A stretch of DNA of 57,482 bases, taken from a virus. Its lineage: Duplodnaviria; Caudoviricetes. This document shows, piece after piece, positions 17,140-24,435 of the stretch. Within the stretch, counting starts at the first letter, position 1, and each line of letters opens with the position of its first letter. The notes beneath the pieces are model-generated. The model searched no databases, had not been told where the DNA came from, and worked only from the letters and a program-made list of their open reading frames with translations. The stretch covers positions 1 to 57,482 of IMG/VR virus record IMGVR_UViG_3300032212_000008, one strand, 5' to 3'. The translations under genes were made by a program, and so were the position numbers.

Positions 17140-17321
17140 AACGCGAGTCCTAGGGCCTTGAGTGCCCAAGCTGCTCCGAAGCCGAAGCACGCCCCTGCGG
17201 CGAAGGCTAGGACCGACATACGGATAAGGGATCGAGTTAGGGCGGCGTCGGCGTCTTTGAGTTCTTCGGCTACGGGTGCCCACTCGATCAGAGGGTCGGG
17301 GTCGGGTCCTACGGGTTTCAT
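17136..17321 (-). CDS. small membrane protein
   Basis: Start MKPVG; C-terminal TM segment. Confidence 0.6.
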   Translation of the reverse strand: MKPVGPDPDPLIEWAPVAEELKDADAALTRSLIRMSVLAFAAGACFGFGAAWALKALGLAL

Positions 17322-17325
17322 CGTG

Positions 17326-17643
17326 TCACCAGTCAAAGGTGGGGAACGCGGGGCAGACGTCCGCGTCCGCGTCGAAGTCAACCCACCGAAAGCCTTGAGC
17401 GTGTGCCTCTTTGATGATCGCGGCGACGGGTCCGGGCAGCTTGTCTAGACACTTCTCGGTGCCGTCGAAAGCTCCGACGAGTACGCGCCCCCCGTAATCG
17501 TGGGGCTTGTAGGCCGGCCCTAGCGTGGTCTGTAGTGCTTCGCACGTCCCCAAACCAGGCCAGTGCGCCGTTGATAGCGCGAGGGTGCGCTCGGTCCAGG
17601 GCCCTAGGTCGATGTCGGGCGCTTCGGATTGCTCGGTGTCCAT
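17326..17643 (-). CDS. DUF5983-like hypothetical protein
   Basis: LSTAH...GFRWVDFDADA...PTFDW pattern, recognised from memory. Confidence 0.6.
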   Translation of the reverse strand: MDTEQSEAPDIDLGPWTERTLALSTAHWPGLGTCEALQTTLGPAYKPHDYGGRVLVGAFDGTEKCLDKLPGPVAAIIKEAHAQGFRWVDFDADADVCPAFPTFDW

Positions 17644-17688
17644 GCTTGGAGGGTAAGGGTAAGGGGTTCCAGGGTGCGACCCCGGGAG

Positions 17689-17756
17689 GGCTCGTCAGGC
17701 ACGGGGCGACCGTGCGACCGAGGGGGCGACGCTTGTTGTGCCCCCTCGGTTTCGCC
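17689..17756 (-). ncRNA. hammerhead ribozyme, type II topology
   Basis: Minus strand reads GGC-GAAAC-CGAGGGGGC-loop-GCCCCCUCG-GUC/GCACGG-UCGCC-CCGUGC-CUGACGA-GCC. All core nucleotides and stems I, II and III are present, and the site is intergenic. Confidence 0.88.
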
Positions 17757-17877
17757 GGGCGAGTGCGTACTCTCGCCTAGCTGCCGGGGTCTCCTAGGTC
17801 CCGGCGATTTACCTCCCGCGTCCCCACGGGAGGCTCCCACCGAACGCGGCCCTAGAGCCGCCCTCGATATCGTGTTT

Positions 17878-18489
17878 CTAGTTGTCCCAGGCTTCCAGCT
17901 CGCAGTGGTCGACCCAAGCCTCGGCGGCCTTCGCGGCCCTAGCCAGCGCTTCGCGCAGACCGTCCACCTTGGATAGCGCTTGTTGCTTGCCGTAGGCGGC
18001 GCACTCCTTACGTAAGTCGGCGCCTAGCTCCTGGCCTTCGGGCGTGTCGTTGAGCCAGTGGCACAACCCATCAACGGCTACGTTGATAAAGCGCTCTTCG
18101 GCGTCGGTGAAGTGGTCGAAGTCCGAGCCATACTGGGATGCCCACTGCCCCTTTTCCTTTTGATACTCGGGCCTGACGTGGTGTCGCCCTGACGGATCAA
18201 TGCGTCGGTAGGTTTCCAGCTCCACGTCGCCGGAGCGCTTCGGTAGCGTCGCTTCGATCTGGATATTGACCTCGGGATAGGGCCACGCCTCGCGGAAGCG
18301 TGCGCCGTTGTTGGGGGCGTTGGGGTCGGCTAGGCGCTTGTCGGGGTCGAACACCTCGGACATGCCCGGATGTAGCGTGAACTCGACCGTGCCTTTTGTT
18401 TGGGTCGTGGATTGGACGTAGGCCCGGATGGTCGTGCCTTGCTCGTCGCGCGAGGTGTCGGTGAGGGTCCAGGAGGATTGATCGGTCAT
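17878..18489 (-). CDS. early hypothetical protein (start MTDQSS)
   Basis: Shares the ACCGATCCG-ATG leader with the neighbouring gene. Confidence 0.75.
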   Translation of the reverse strand: MTDQSSWTLTDTSRDEQGTTIRAYVQSTTQTKGTVEFTLHPGMSEVFDPDKRLADPNAPNNGARFREAWPYPEVNIQIEATLPKRSGDVELETYRRIDPSGRHHVRPEYQKEKGQWASQYGSDFDHFTDAEERFINVAVDGLCHWLNDTPEGQELGADLRKECAAYGKQQALSKVDGLREALARAAKAAEAWVDHCELEAWDN

Positions 18490-18529
18490 CGGATCGGTAG
18501 GGATGGAGTGTGAGGGTGGAGGGTAAGGG

Positions 18530-19258
18530 CTAGGCTTTGAGAGACACTTCGACTTGAGAGAAGAACGGGCTCGGGTCGAACGGTCCCCCGAAGCGTTCCT
18601 GGAACTCGCGGGCGAACTTGGCATCGGTCAAGCACTGGAGCACTTCGGCCGGGTCGATGCCGTGCTTGAGTGCTTCCAGTGCTCCCTTGTTGTGTGCGCT
18701 GGCTTCCTCGTTAGCATCGTTCGGGTTGAAGTAGACCGTGCGCTCGGTGGGGTCTGCGTCGTCGCAGTGCGCCAAGGACCGCGAGTGCGCCAAGTCGTGG
18801 AAGAACCAAACCGCGTTGGTTGTTTCTACGTGTAGCTCCAGGGTCTCGGGGATCTGGACCCTGCCTGGCGCGTCGTCCACGTCTTCGAAGATCGCGAGTA
18901 AGGCAATCAGCCCGTCAGCGCTGGAGAACTCCCATTCGTCGCCCCGGTCTAGGTGCTGGACTTCCTCGGCTAGGTACCTTGCGGTATGGGTCCTTCTCAG
19001 ATCCTCGGACCCGTTCAGGTAGTCCTCCCCGCACAGGGCCGAGACGACTTCGCTTCCGCCTACGGCTTGCTGAGACAAGCGCCAAGGGAAGAACGCACGT
19101 AGCGCACCTTTGCCGGTCCTGGACGTGTCGGGCGTGCTCAACGTGTAGTGGCAAGCGCCCAAGAGCTCGGCGCTGTCGTCGTAAGGGTCGGACTCGATCG
19201 TAACCTTGAGGGTGCGCCGGTTGTCGTGGAACGGGAGCGTCAGGTTATAGGTGTTCAT
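18530..19258 (-). CDS. early hypothetical protein (start MNTYN), first gene of the leftward operon
   Basis: ACCGATCCG-ATG leader; adjacent to the non-coding control region. Confidence 0.75.
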   Translation of the reverse strand: MNTYNLTLPFHDNRRTLKVTIESDPYDDSAELLGACHYTLSTPDTSRTGKGALRAFFPWRLSQQAVGGSEVVSALCGEDYLNGSEDLRRTHTARYLAEEVQHLDRGDEWEFSSADGLIALLAIFEDVDDAPGRVQIPETLELHVETTNAVWFFHDLAHSRSLAHCDDADPTERTVYFNPNDANEEASAHNKGALEALKHGIDPAEVLQCLTDAKFAREFQERFGGPFDPSPFFSQVEVSLKA

Positions 19259-19312
19259 CGGATCGGTGGGATAGGAGGGAGGGAGGGAGCGACGCGCGCC
19301 GCTCGCACACAC

Positions 19313-19349
19313 ACTATAACGGCCGGAAGCGGCAATAGTTGCCAACTAT
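19313..19349 (-). promoter_or_regulatory. putative early promoter (-10 TATAGT) with overlapping palindrome ATAGTTG-C-CAACTAT (operator-like)
   Basis: TATAGT lies about 55 bp upstream of the first ATG; perfect 7-1-7 palindrome at 19335-19349; no well-spaced -35. Confidence 0.45.
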
Positions 19350-19627
19350 CTTAGGTTTCTTCGCAAACCCCTCGAGGGTGATTCGCCGTAAGTCGTTTGG
19401 AGACCAGGGGATATGCTAGAAAAACAGGTAGGCTTCCAGAGGGGGTCCGCTATTCCTTAAGTTCTGGGAGGTACTTAGTAGGGTACTATTGTTTTACTGA
19501 GGAATCGCCCCTTTTTTTCTTCTGGTATGGATGCATAAAGTGTCGTAAGTGACGTGGTCGTAAGGGTTTAGGCGGCGGAGGCGAAATGGCTTGGGTGTCA
19601 AGGTGCCGTCGGAGTGCCGGGAAAGTT

Positions 19628-19662
19628 CCGTGGAACATATGCATAATTATGATGTTCCACGG
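19628..19662. repeat. near-perfect 35-bp AT-cored palindrome
   Basis: CCGTGGAACAT-atg-CATAATTATG-ATGTTCCACGG. Confidence 0.85.
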
Positions 19663-19824
19663 TGCATATCGTGCATATTTATGCATGCTCCCATACAATG
19701 CGCTAACATGCATTAGTAGGAGACTATTCCCAGCTATTAGAACGTTACTAAGTCGACCGCCCCGCCGGGTTCTGTAAGGGTATACCCTACGGGGCGTATC
19801 TATAGTGCGCTACTGTAGTTGAGC

Positions 19825-19929
19825 CCCGATGCGCGGCGTGCGGATGGTCGGGACAACGGACGTTGTGGGGCGGATGGTTGGGGTGCCGATGGATGTGGTG
19901 ACGATAATCGTGGTGACGATAGTTGTCTT
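19825..19929. repeat. seven degenerate 15-bp tandem units
   Basis: For example GCGGATGGTCGGGAC, GCGGATGGTTGGGGT, GCCGATGGATGTGGT, GACGATAATCGTGGT. Confidence 0.6.
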
Positions 19930-19983
19930 TACGCAGTGCTTACCCGCCCCGGCCCACCCTACCAACAAAAAATCAAACCCCCA

Positions 19984-20136
19984 TTTTTCTCCGAGCCTCT
20001 ATTTCCGTTCTATTTCCGAGACGTGCTCGATTCCTTCATTTCCGTTCTATTTCCGGACGAACCCTCGTTTTTTCTCCAAGCCTCTATTTCCGTTCTATTT
20101 CCGTATCTCTATTTCTGCATCTATTTCCTTCTATTT
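19984..20136. repeat. TCTATTTCCG iteron-like repeats, including a duplicated unit of about 35 bp
   Basis: TTTTTCTCC(G/A)AGCCTCTATTTCCGTTCTATTTCCG occurs twice, plus further TCTATTTC copies. Confidence 0.9.
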
Positions 20137-20219
20137 AGGTGTAAACCTTTCGGGACCCAGGGCGTCAACCTTTCTCTTGACTCTTGCTTCTCTGGCCACT
20201 AGGCGTTAGACACGCGAGA

Positions 20220-21335
20220 ATGCCTTTCGACAACCACTCCAACGATGAGCTCGATGCCCTGGGGGACACGTTCGCCTTCGCTCGTGAAGAGGCGCCGATC
20301 TCTCGCCGTAAGTCCTCCGTGGTGAGGGAGGCGGCACATCAGATCTCCCGGGCGCTGAGCGTCCGTGACATGGCTGAGGGGGACGCGCACTCTCGAGCGG
20401 TCTTCTTGGCGTGGCGGTACGCTCGCTGGGCTCTGCAAGCGTCGGGGTGGGCTCAACCAGGCGAGGCCTTTATCTTCTCCTGCGACACTCTCGCCAAGCT
20501 GCCGAACAACCCCTGCTTCGGAAAGCCGATGGGTCCGTGGGGTGTCGAATTGCCTCGGAGGCCGAGCGCGCAGCTCAACCTGAGCACACCGGGGCTTCCG
20601 ACGACGCATCGGATAATGCACCGGTTCGGCGCGGGATTCTTCGTGTCGCCCCCCGATCCCCTGGACTCGAAGGCGACGCACCGCGAGGCGTTCTGTCACC
20701 TCATGCACGCGGCGGTTAGGAGCCTCGGGCTCGACGCACCGACGAAGGAATCTCTCAAGGCGGGCATCTACAGGATCTCCCCGTTCCACTTGCTGCCCGA
20801 TCACCCGTACTACTCTCAGGAGGCGTACGAGCACGTAGCTGACGTTTACCCGAGCTATGAGGAGATTCTCGAGTTCGAGCAGGAGTTCCTGACGGACTGT
20901 GCGGAGGCGATCATCCGCCGAACGGAGGACGGTCTCCGTCGGTGGCTCATCAAGCGCTACTCGATGTCGACCTACGAGGCAACATCGATCACGGCAACGG
21001 CCAAGGCCTGGGGGGCCTCGATGCGACCGGTGGATATCGAGGTGGAGCGCTCAACCCACCTCCGACTCCTGGACCATGCGGGGCAAGAGGCAGCCGACAA
21101 CGGGGATTACAGGGCCCTAATCATGGCCTCGACCCAGGCAAGCCGTATCCTTGGCCTGGCCCAACACAGTCCCGCTGACGAGAATCAAGAAGCTCTCGCA
21201 GCAGCTGGAGAGGCCCACCAAGACCTCATCAACGCCCCCGAGGGCGAGGATGGTCTAATCGACGAACCGATCGACCGCACCGCATGGAAGGGGCGCTCGA
21301 TCGACACCTCCGCTAAGCGAACCCCTCAACAGTAG
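20220..21335 (+). CDS. hypothetical protein, possible terminase small subunit
   Basis: First gene of the TerL operon, next to the repeat region; C-terminal helical GDYRA..ASRILGL motif resembles TerS; unusually long (371 aa). Confidence 0.45.
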   Translation: MPFDNHSNDELDALGDTFAFAREEAPISRRKSSVVREAAHQISRALSVRDMAEGDAHSRAVFLAWRYARWALQASGWAQPGEAFIFSCDTLAKLPNNPCFGKPMGPWGVELPRRPSAQLNLSTPGLPTTHRIMHRFGAGFFVSPPDPLDSKATHREAFCHLMHAAVRSLGLDAPTKESLKAGIYRISPFHLLPDHPYYSQEAYEHVADVYPSYEEILEFEQEFLTDCAEAIIRRTEDGLRRWLIKRYSMSTYEATSITATAKAWGASMRPVDIEVERSTHLRLLDHAGQEAADNGDYRALIMASTQASRILGLAQHSPADENQEALAAAGEAHQDLINAPEGEDGLIDEPIDRTAWKGRSIDTSAKRTPQQ

Positions 21336-21347
21336 CCCAACCAAACT

Positions 21348-21653
21348 ATGAACGCAGAAGCCATCCAACTCGCCGGTCTCACGATGCTCCTTCGCGCCCT
21401 TCCGCGTGACCACCAAGACGATGACAACATCGTCATGGAAGACGGCACTCTCGTCCCGTTCGAGAGCGCGGCCAGTCACCTCAAGCAGGACCTCACCACC
21501 TACCTGCAGCAGAACGACGGAAGCGCGGCGGGGTACAACTTCCACGCCTTCATCAACGACAACTACGGCCACGACCTCAACATCGACGCCGACAGCACCC
21601 CCAACAAGGGCATCGAGCAGTTCGTCGCGAGTTTCCTCCCCGGCGGGAACTGA
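21348..21653 (+). CDS. hypothetical protein
   Basis: Strong C-ending codon bias. Confidence 0.8.
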   Translation: MNAEAIQLAGLTMLLRALPRDHQDDDNIVMEDGTLVPFESAASHLKQDLTTYLQQNDGSAAGYNFHAFINDNYGHDLNIDADSTPNKGIEQFVASFLPGGN

Positions 21654-21673
21654 AATAGAGGTCCGATCGAACT

Positions 21674-22042
21674 ATGGCCGAGCCCCACCTCACCTTCATC
21701 GTGCCTGAGGACAACGACACCCTCGACTCGATGATCGTCAACCTGACAGCGGAGATCCAGACGAGTGATCTCGCGGGGAGCTACACCGTGCTCAATTCGG
21801 GCGTGGTGCAAGCGACCGCAGCGGGTAAGGGGCTCGCCGGCCTCGACGTCGTCAACTTCGTGCGGGCCTTCATGGGCAACGGTGCCGATCTCCCCACCCG
21901 CACGAAACAGGAAGGCTTCAAGGCGGGGCTTCTACGCCTCGTCCACGCCTTCGCATCCACGGACCCTTCATTCGACCTCAGCCCGTTCTACCCAACGGGC
22001 AACCAACAGCAGTTCCTCCCGACAGGAGGGGACGCGGTATGA
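21674..22042 (+). CDS. hypothetical protein
   Basis: Codon bias, operon packing. Confidence 0.8.
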   Translation: MAEPHLTFIVPEDNDTLDSMIVNLTAEIQTSDLAGSYTVLNSGVVQATAAGKGLAGLDVVNFVRAFMGNGADLPTRTKQEGFKAGLLRLVHAFASTDPSFDLSPFYPTGNQQQFLPTGGDAV

Positions 22043-22551
22043 CTTACACCTCATCCTTCATCGTCATCGCCCCTAGCGTCTCCGAAGCAAAGGAGATGGT
22101 CCGATCTCTCGTCTATGCACGAGACGTCGACATGCTCAAGACCTACGTCATTCGGTACTGGCCCGACGCGCCGGCCAACCAGCTTGCCGGCGTGCCGAAG
22201 GAAGGGCCCGTCTGTGTCATTCGACTCAAGGGCTGCGATGACACCTTCGGCGACGGCAACAAAGAGTGGGACCGACACAAAGAAACTATCGACCAAGCAA
22301 TCGACTCCCGAGATTTCTTAATCGAAGAGTGGGACAGCCCCACGGACCCGGGTGACTTGACTAAGACCATCATCATCGACGAAGTCGATACCGAAGAAGA
22401 CATCGTCGCAGACATGCCCGAGACCAAGGTCATCCCCGTCCGACCCTCGGACGTCCCCCAAGACATCATCTCGGAGGAAGGCCAAGCACAGCTCGACGCC
22501 TACGAGCAACGACAGCGCCGTTCCTTCGAGAACCAAGAACTCAACGACTAG
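22039..22551 (+). CDS. acidic hypothetical protein
   Basis: AGGAGG RBS, ATGA overlap. Confidence 0.75.
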   Translation: MTYTSSFIVIAPSVSEAKEMVRSLVYARDVDMLKTYVIRYWPDAPANQLAGVPKEGPVCVIRLKGCDDTFGDGNKEWDRHKETIDQAIDSRDFLIEEWDSPTDPGDLTKTIIIDEVDTEEDIVADMPETKVIPVRPSDVPQDIISEEGQAQLDAYEQRQRRSFENQELND

Positions 22552-22570
22552 CCCTCGACCACACCCAACC

Positions 22571-23287
22571 ATGCCCATCTTCAAACACGCCTTCCTTCTG
22601 CTGCTTCTCGTCTGCGGAGCAAGCTCCTGCGTCGCCACGACCGGCGATTTGCGCGACATCAACGCGGCCCTGGCCTCCGAGGTCCAAGACCTCACGACCC
22701 AGTTCGACCAGAGCCTCGCCACCATCGAAGCGAAGCAAGAGGAACTTCTAGAGGAGCGGCTCGACCGTCACGACGCGGCCCTGCTCGGCGCAACCTCCGA
22801 GGAACTCCTGGAGCGCGACGAGCGCATCGCTAATCTGCAGGAGGAGCTGCAGGCCTCGATCGCCAGGGAAGCGGAAGCCTCCAAGGTGGCTGTCGACGAC
22901 GCCATCGACGCCATCGGAGACGCGGTTGAAACCAAGGTCCAGGAGATCACCCAGCGCGTCGAGGGCGTCGCCACCCAGACAGCCCAGGTAGGCCAGAAGC
23001 TCGCCGAGGGTCCCAGCGGCTGGCTCGAGCTGATCGGAATGGTCCTAGGAGGCGCAGGCGTGGCCGGCGTAGGCGCGCACCGCTACACCATGGCCAAGCG
23101 CGACCAGACGCGTCGACAGGACTTGGAGGCCGAGGGGCAGAAGTCAGCCGTCGCGGCCATCAGCGAGGCTGAGAGGCGCTTCAACGAGAAGCTGGCCCTG
23201 CTGCAGCAAGCCTCCCCCTTCGGCGCGACCCCCGCCCCCTTCGTGCCCCCGCCCCCGGGCACCACAGGTCAGCCCCCGATGTCCTAG
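22571..23287 (+). CDS. coiled-coil lipoprotein with a second hydrophobic segment (spanin-like)
   Basis: Signal MPIFKHAFLLLLLVCGASS-C, long coiled coil, then WLELIGMVLGGAGVAGVGA. Confidence 0.55.
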   Translation: MPIFKHAFLLLLLVCGASSCVATTGDLRDINAALASEVQDLTTQFDQSLATIEAKQEELLEERLDRHDAALLGATSEELLERDERIANLQEELQASIAREAEASKVAVDDAIDAIGDAVETKVQEITQRVEGVATQTAQVGQKLAEGPSGWLELIGMVLGGAGVAGVGAHRYTMAKRDQTRRQDLEAEGQKSAVAAISEAERRFNEKLALLQQASPFGATPAPFVPPPPGTTGQPPMS

Positions 23288-23438
23288 GGGTAGACACTAG
23301 GGAATCGAACACCGTACATTCCCTAGGGAAGACGAGCGAAAAACCATGGCTTGTTGAAACCTGAGACGCCGCTCCCGTGGATAACAGGCGGCGGCGTCTC
23401 GACTCTTACGGGATGCCCTCGACCCCACGAGGATTATC

Positions 23439-23756
23439 TTGCAAGAGCCAAAGCAAAAGGGCAGCAGCAGCACCGCCTCGGTGTGGTTCATCGCCTTCTT
23501 TTCTTTACTGACGGCATACGGGTATTCTGAGCGTTCGGACCTCCTTACAGAGATCCGAAGCAACCGAGAAACCCTCTCCAGCATTCTCCTCTCAGAACCC
23601 GAAATGCAGACCATCACCACCACCTGGACCGACCAAAACGGCAACACCCGATCGGTCACCACCACCCAGAGAGAAGGCGAAGACTGGGCCGACACCCTGC
23701 TTCGCCACCAAGCCGATGTGACCGCCGCACAGCAAGTCTTCCCGCCCGCCCGGTAG
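23439..23756 (+). CDS. small single-TM protein
   Basis: GAGGA RBS before TTG; TM segment VWFIAFFSLLTAYGY. Confidence 0.65.
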   Translation: MQEPKQKGSSSTASVWFIAFFSLLTAYGYSERSDLLTEIRSNRETLSSILLSEPEMQTITTTWTDQNGNTRSVTTTQREGEDWADTLLRHQADVTAAQQVFPPAR

Positions 23757-23763
23757 TCTTACG

Positions 23764-24435
23764 ATGTGGGAGTACCTGACGCTGTCCAAGGATTCTGTCC
23801 TAGGAGTCCTGATCTCGACAGGTACTCTCGCTTCCTTCGCAGCCTTCATCTACAAGAAGGTGAGTGCTTGGCTTTCCGCCCGAACGGCACTCAAGGATAA
23901 GAGGGCCGCCATCGCGCACGAGAGCGAGGTGCTGCGCGCGGTCGTCGAAGTGCTCGACACCCTGCAGCACATAGAGCGGGCGACGAAAGCCTCCCGAGCC
24001 ATGGTCCTGCGAGCCCACAACGGCGGGGGGCCTCTCTCGATCGCGGACCATATGTACACCTCGATCATCCACGAGAGCTTCGAGCGTAAGGCAGACAGCG
24101 TGCGGGAGATGTGGCAACGCCGCCCCGTGGACAACCAGTACGCCCACCTCCTCAACGAGATCGACAAGGAAGGAAAGGCGCGCCTGGTCACTTCGGAGAT
24201 GCACGAGTCGAGTGATCTAAGGACCGTCTACGAAGCGACCGACGTAGGAGAAGCGTGGGTCTACAAGATCGGCAAGACGGGCAAGGGGATGCTCTACCTG
24301 AGCGTCACCTTCAAGGAAGAGGACAACGTAAGCGCAGCCGACCAGATGGTCATTTCTGCAGGTCAAGCTCAACTGCAGCATCTCTTCGAGCAGCATGAGC
24401 ACATCTTCCACGTAGACTACGCCAACGGTTCGTGA
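23764..24435 (+). CDS. TM plus GAF-like domain protein, putative T4 gpT-like holin
   Basis: One N-terminal TM, then an alpha/beta domain (ASRAMVLRAHNGG...YLSVTF) with a GAF-like pattern; immediately upstream of TerL. Confidence 0.5.
   Translation: MWEYLTLSKDSVLGVLISTGTLASFAAFIYKKVSAWLSARTALKDKRAAIAHESEVLRAVVEVLDTLQHIERATKASRAMVLRAHNGGGPLSIADHMYTSIIHESFERKADSVREMWQRRPVDNQYAHLLNEIDKEGKARLVTSEMHESSDLRTVYEATDVGEAWVYKIGKTGKGMLYLSVTFKEEDNVSAADQMVISAGQAQLQHLFEQHEHIFHVDYANGS

Noticed and set aside
19498-19590. Second hammerhead (CTGAGGA ... CGAAA)
   Set aside because: No valid stem II closing pair and no stems I or III.
19825-20136. Mini-CRISPR array to pair with the Cas4-like gene
   Set aside because: The repeats are tandem or irregular, with no constant repeat and unique-spacer periodicity.
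20177-20205. Rightward promoter TTGACT-N17-TAGGCG
   Set aside because: Position is plausible, but the -10 lacks the conserved final T; too weak to call.
19486-20209. ORFs in the control region (19486..19713, 19819..20202, 19829..20209)
   Set aside because: Low-complexity translations of DNA repeats with atypical codon usage.
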